A stretch of DNA of 63,378 nt, the filler included, from Malassezia furfur (taxonomy: Eukaryota): the NCBI GenBank assembly GCA_052055015.1. It is 16 parts of 16 records of this genome, joined end to end, with 100 filler letters (N's around TTAATTAATTAA, not from the genome) between each part and the next. Parts side by side here need not be neighbours in the genome. Positions count along the whole stretch, not along the records: positions 55,703 to 59,498 come from JBQJIT010000728.1; positions 59,599 to 63,378 come from JBQJIT010000729.1; 14 more parts are not named here. One strand, 5' to 3'. Within the stretch, counting starts at the first letter, position 1; each line of letters opens with the position of its first letter. Below, one piece after another: positions 58,825 through 63,378 of the stretch. The translations under genes were made by a program, and so were the position numbers. The notes beneath the pieces are model-generated. The model ran no database searches. It saw nothing but the letters and a program-made list of their open reading frames with translations, and had not been told where the DNA came from.

Positions 58825-59498
58825 CTAGTTGCCCAGCAGCGCGAGCGCCTGTGCCTCTTGCTCGGCGAGCGTCGCGGTGCGTGCGCGCTTGGGCTGCGGC
58901 GGCGCGGCCTCCTCGTCGGAGGCGTCGCCCGGCAGCACCAGATCCGGCAAATCGTCCACGTCGAGCTCGCCGCCGGCGAACTCGGCGACGGGCGCGCGCG
59001 TGCCGTTCGCCTCGGCGAGCTGCCGCTCGATCTCCTTGGCGCGGCGCTTCTTTTCCTGGCGCTTGCGCTTCGCGCGCTCCTTGTCCACGACGTCGGCCTC
59101 GGCCATCCGCGCGCGCTCCTCGGCCTCGTGCGCAGCGATCTGCGCCGCGACGTCGCCCTGCTGCCGGAAGGCCTCCTCGTTCTGCAGCTCGTACAGCGAG
59201 CGCGCATTGCCCTCGTCGTCAAACACGATCTTGTCGGCCTTGCCGCGCTTGCCGGCGGCGGCCATCGCCTTCTTGCTCTGGCCCTGCAAGATCTGGCGCT
59301 TCGACAGGTCGTGCGACGCGGGCGCCGACGCCGCCTCGTCGAGATCGTGGCCCGCGCGCTTCAGCGTGAGCAGCTCGCCGTCGTCGTCGTCGATGTCAAA
59401 GCCCGCGTCGTCCGAATCGACCATGTTGGCGTAGTGCGCACTCAGCACGGTGTTGTTCGTGCGGCCAAACAGGCGGTCGTGCTTGGTGCGCACCTTGG
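58825..59498 (-). CDS. DBP4: DEAD-box rRNA-processing helicase Dbp4/DDX10, C-terminal fragment
   Basis: VRTKHDRLFGRTNNTVLSAHY, LLTLKR.GHDL, KIVFDDEG...LYEL, ADVVDK..AK.KR.EKK, EQEAQALALL. Confidence 0.85.
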
Positions 59499-59598
59499 NN
59501 NNNNNNNNNNNNNNNNNNNNNNNNNNNNNNNNNNNNNNNNNNTTAATTAATTAANNNNNNNNNNNNNNNNNNNNNNNNNNNNNNNNNNNNNNNNNNNN

Positions 59599-59630
59599 GC
59601 GGCGCCGGCAAAGGACGCAGCCAGCGCCGG

Positions 59631-59681
<51 letters not shown>

Positions 59682-60708
59682 ACGCCGCGACGTGATTCAG
59701 CGCCACGTGGCACTCAAGTTCCTGCTGGCGGGCGGCATTGCGGGCGCCGTGAGCCGCACGGCCACCGCGCCGCTCGACCGGCTCAAAGTATACCTGATGA
59801 CCTCGCAGGAGACGCAGGGGCCGCACGCGCCGCACTCGGCGCGCGTCGGCTTTGGCGAGCTGGCGCGCGCGTTCGGCGCGATCTACCGCGACGGCGGCCT
59901 GCGCGGCTTCTGGCTCGGCAACGGGCTGAACTGCATCAAGATCTTCCCGGTACGTGAGTTGGCTGACGCAGGAATCCGCGATCAAGTTCTTCAGCTACGA
60001 GACGTCGAAGCGCATGTTTGCCAAGTACCTCGACAACGTGTCGGACGCGCGCGACATCAGCGGGTTCAGCCGCTTCATGAGCGGCGGCATCGGCGGCATC
60101 ACGAGCCAGCTAGGTACGTCGGCGCGCGCCGCTCCGCTTACCCAGCCATCTACCCCATCGAGACGCTCAAGACGCGGCTCATGTCGAGCCAGACGGCCGC
60201 GAGTCCGGTGCGTGGCCTGGCGCTGCTCGCCGACACCGCACGCACCATGTATACCCAGGGCGGCTTCCGGGCATACTACCGCGGCCTCGGCGCGGGGCTC
60301 GTGGGCGTGTTCCCGTACTCGGCGATCGACATGTCGACGTTCGAGGGGATCAAGCTGTTCTATCTCAAGTACACGCACAAGGAGGACCCGGGCGTGATCC
60401 CACTGCTGATGTTCGGCAGCATCTCGGGCAGCGTCGGCGCCTCGACCGTGTACCCGCTCAACCTGATCCGCACGCGGCTGCAGGCGTCGGGCACGCCGGC
60501 GCACCCGCGCCTCTACACGAGCTTCTTCGACGCCGCGGTGCAGACGTACCGCAACGAGGGGCCGCTCGGCTTCTACCGCGGGCTCATCCCCTCGCTCGCC
60601 AAGGTCGTGCCGGCCGTGTCGATTAGCTACGTGGTGTACGAACAGGTGCGTACCCTGCCCACCACCAAACTAACCCCGCAGTCCAAACGCTACCTGCATG
60701 TGCAATAG
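59599..60708 (+). CDS. SAL1: Mitochondrial ATP-Mg/Pi carrier (Sal1/SCaMC), carrier domain; introns 59950-59971 (22 nt), 60114-60145, 60646-60681; 5' truncated
   Basis: LLAGGIAGAVSRTATAPLDRLKVYL, FWLGNGLN..KIFPESAIKF, IYPIETLKTRLM, GVFPYSAIDM, YPLNLIRTRLQA.GT..HP. An (GAC)11 poly-Asp run lies at 59647-59679. Confidence 0.9.
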
Positions 60709-60957
60709 CCCCGCGCCCCGCGCACAAGCTAGCGTTCGCGGGGCCGGCTGACGCACGATGCAGCCAATCGCGCGCGGCGACGCACCGGTGATCCGGCTCA
60801 GCGCTGCGCGATTTGTCAGCGCCCTCGGCTGACGGAACCGGCCCTGCGCGTAGGCCGGCCGAGGCGGGGGACGGCCGCGGCCAAAGGCAGGGGCAGGATA
60901 AAACCGCTCGCATCCCCGCAGTGGGATTTGCAACCGACCCCTCTTCCCCCGGACAGG

Positions 60958-63125
60958 ATGAGCTGGACCGAGACCCTCGCGATGGAGACGCTCCAGAAGG
61001 AGCGCGAGAACCCTGCGTTCGATGTGCACGCCGTACGTATGCCCCGGCCGCAGCCCCACTCACCGTGCAGATGGCGGTCGCCAACCACGGCAGCGAAGAG
61101 GCGCTCGCATTCAAGAAGCGCGTCATGCTCGAGCTCGAGCGCGACCCGACGTTCTTCAACGACGACTTCTACGACCTGACCAAGGATGAGCTGCGTGAGC
61201 GCACCATCATCAAGATGCACTCGATCCTCAACTGGTTCACCAGCGAGAGCCTGGACGACTTCCAGGCGCGCCTCGCGGTGATCAGTGTCGCGGACCCCGG
61301 CTTCTGGACGCGCTTCGGTGTGCACCTCGGCCTGTTCTCGAACGCGGTGCGCTCCGGCGCAACGTCCGGCCAGTTTGCCTACTGGATGTCCAAGGGCATG
61401 CTCAGCGTGCGCAACTTTTACGGCTGCTTTGGTATGACGGAGCTCGCGCACGGCAGCAACGTCGCCGGCCTCGAGACCACCGCGACGCTCGACGAGAACA
61501 CGGACGAGTTTGTGATCCACACGCCCAACCTCGGCGCGACCAAGTGGTGGATCGGCGGCGCGGCGCACTCGGCGACGCACTGCGCCGTCTTTGCGCAGCT
61601 CATCGTCAAGGGCAAGCGCTACGGCACCAAGACGTTCATCGTGCCCCTGCGCGACCCCGAGACCTACCGCCTGCTCCCCGGCGTGACGATCGGCGACATC
61701 GGCAAGAAGATGGGCCGCGACGGTATCGACAACGGCTACATCCAGTTCTCCTACGTGCGCATTCCGCGCGCCTACATGCTCATGCGCTACTCGCAGGTGA
61801 CGCGCGACGGCCAGGTGTTTGAGCCGCCGCTGCAGCAGCTCACGTACGGCGCGCTGCTCCAGGGCCGCACGCTCATGGTGAACGACTCGGGCAACATTGG
61901 CAAAAAGGCGCTCACCATCGCCGTGCGCTACGCCGCCGTGCGCCGCCAGTTCAAGTCGGACCCCAAGAACCAATACGAGACGCAGCTGCTCGACTACCCC
62001 ATCCACCAGCGCCGCCTGATGCCCCTGCTCGCACAGGCCGTCGCGTTCGGCTTCACCAGCCAGGAGCTCATCCGCATGCTCGCCGCCACGAACCAGGCAC
62101 TCGACGCGCTCGAGCCGGGCGACCCCAAGCTCGAGCAGACGCTCGAGCTGCTCAAGTCGACGCACGCGACCAGCGCGGGCCTCAAGGCGTTCTGCACCTG
62201 GGCGACGCTCAGCGCGATCGAGACGTGCCGCCAGGCGTGCGGCGGCCACGGCTACTCGTCGTACGTCGGCCTGGCGCCGCTGTACAACGACTTTGCCGTG
62301 CACTGCACCTGGGAGGGCGACAACACCATCCTCGCGCTGCAGTCCGGCCGCGCGCTGATCTCGGCGTACCAGGAGTCGAAGAACGGCAAGACGCAGGGCG
62401 AGGCGCTCGACTACCTCAACCGCCTCGACGAGGTGCTCAGCGCCAAGTGCACCTCGCTCGACGAGCTCCACTCGCTCCAGGGCATCGAGAGCGGCTTCAA
62501 CACCGCCACGGCCTACTTTGTGAAGCTCGCCGCGGAGGAGTACGACGAGTACATGAGCAAGGGCATGACGCGCGAGCAGGCGTTCGAGCAGTGCTCGCAG
62601 ATCCGCTTCGTCGCGGCCAGCGTGCACACGGCGCTGTTCATCTTCCGCCAGTTCCGCCACGCCGTCGAAAAGATGCCCGAGTCGGACGACGGCGTGAAAA
62701 AGTCGCTGCAGACGCTCTGCGAGTTCTACGGCCTGTGGCAGATCGAGGAGAAGGGCGCCCTCTTCCTCCGGTCCGGCTGGCTCTCCTCCGAGCAGTTCGA
62801 CCACCTCGCCCGCCGCGTCACGGAGCTCTGCGCCGAGACGCGCAAGTTTGCCATCCCGCTCATCGACTCGTTCGAGTACAGCGACTTTGTCATCAACTCG
62901 CCGTTCGGCCGCTACGACGGCAACGTGTACCAGGAGTACTTTAACATGATCCGCCGGAATAACCCGCCGCTCAAGCCGCACCCGTACTTTGAGCGCCTCA
63001 TCAAGCCGCTCATCCAGCGCCCCATGCCCGAGGTCGAGGACCTCGACGAGGCCATCGGCCTCGACGAGGAGATCGACGAGATCCAGGCAGAGCGCCGCGA
63101 GGCCGAGCAGCAGTCGAAGAAGTAA
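60958..63125 (+). CDS. POX1: Peroxisomal acyl-CoA oxidase; intron 61033-61070 (38 nt)
   Basis: GCFGMTELAHGSNVAGLETTAT, KWWIGG, DIGKKMGRDGIDNG, YAAVRRQF, CRQACGGHGYS, TWEGDNTIL. Confidence 0.95.
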
Positions 63126-63378
63126 ACGCGGCTCGCGCATCGCGCCCCGCCTCCTCTCCCCGCACGCGCCGCCTGCGGGAGGGGGGGGAAGGGGGGCGAC
63201 CTTTCCCTCACCCCACCGTTGGGTCCTCTTACCGCTCTGCTTGTCTTGTGTGGTAGGACGCCACGCGTGCGTGCGTCCATATATACATAGTGTGTGACAC
63301 GAGGTGCATCCTCCCGTGAACCGTGCCGCCGCCGCCGCGCCGCGCCGCGCCGCACCCGCCTCGCCCGCGCCAGCGTCC

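Noticed and set aside
63100..63140. Cryptic peroxisomal targeting by stop-codon read-through, as described in Ustilago
   Set aside because: POX1 ends SKK-TAA with no read-through context, and none of the stop codons I checked has the TGA-CTA motif. Only FAO1 has a plain PTS1-like AHL.

Overview
Eukaryotic (fungal) nuclear DNA, very GC-rich and extremely gene-dense. Gene content and intron style suggest a Malassezia-like basidiomycete yeast (inference). The window is not contiguous. It is 16 contigs of about 3.8-4.0 kb, ordered by non-increasing length and joined by 100-nt N44-TTAATTAATTAA-N44 linkers, so adjacency across gaps means nothing. About 40 housekeeping genes or gene fragments are recognisable, including SWI3/RSC8, NDUFB2, NEO1, RRN7, eIF5B, YTA7, RFA2, VMA9, FOL3, PKR1, DES1, GSH2, BRR2, DJ-1, FAA, SRP54, GPI18, SYS1, APS2, RGD2, U1A/U2B'', fatty alcohol oxidase, BIN3, MSH6, SEC31, PEP3, PAL1, GGT, PCP1, CUL3, MATE, GGC1, DBP4, SAL1 and POX1. 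The most notable observations are: (1) a box C/D snoRNA resembling U16/snR87 inside an intron that starts immediately after the DBP4 stop codon; (2) spliceosomal introns down to 21-23 nt, several needed to restore the reading frame; (3) a 214-nt NDUFB2 intron with a distant candidate branch point and a ~178-nt AG-free zone; (4) a fungal SWI3/RSC8 gene carrying a BAF155/170-like N-terminal module; (5) two in-frame fusions (NEO1 with an Mlp1-like tail, YTA7 with eIF5B) that are most likely misassemblies; (6) divergent start codons only 27-120 bp apart, with recurrent CACGTG boxes in promoter spacers. No transposon, tRNA, rRNA or CRISPR array is supported.
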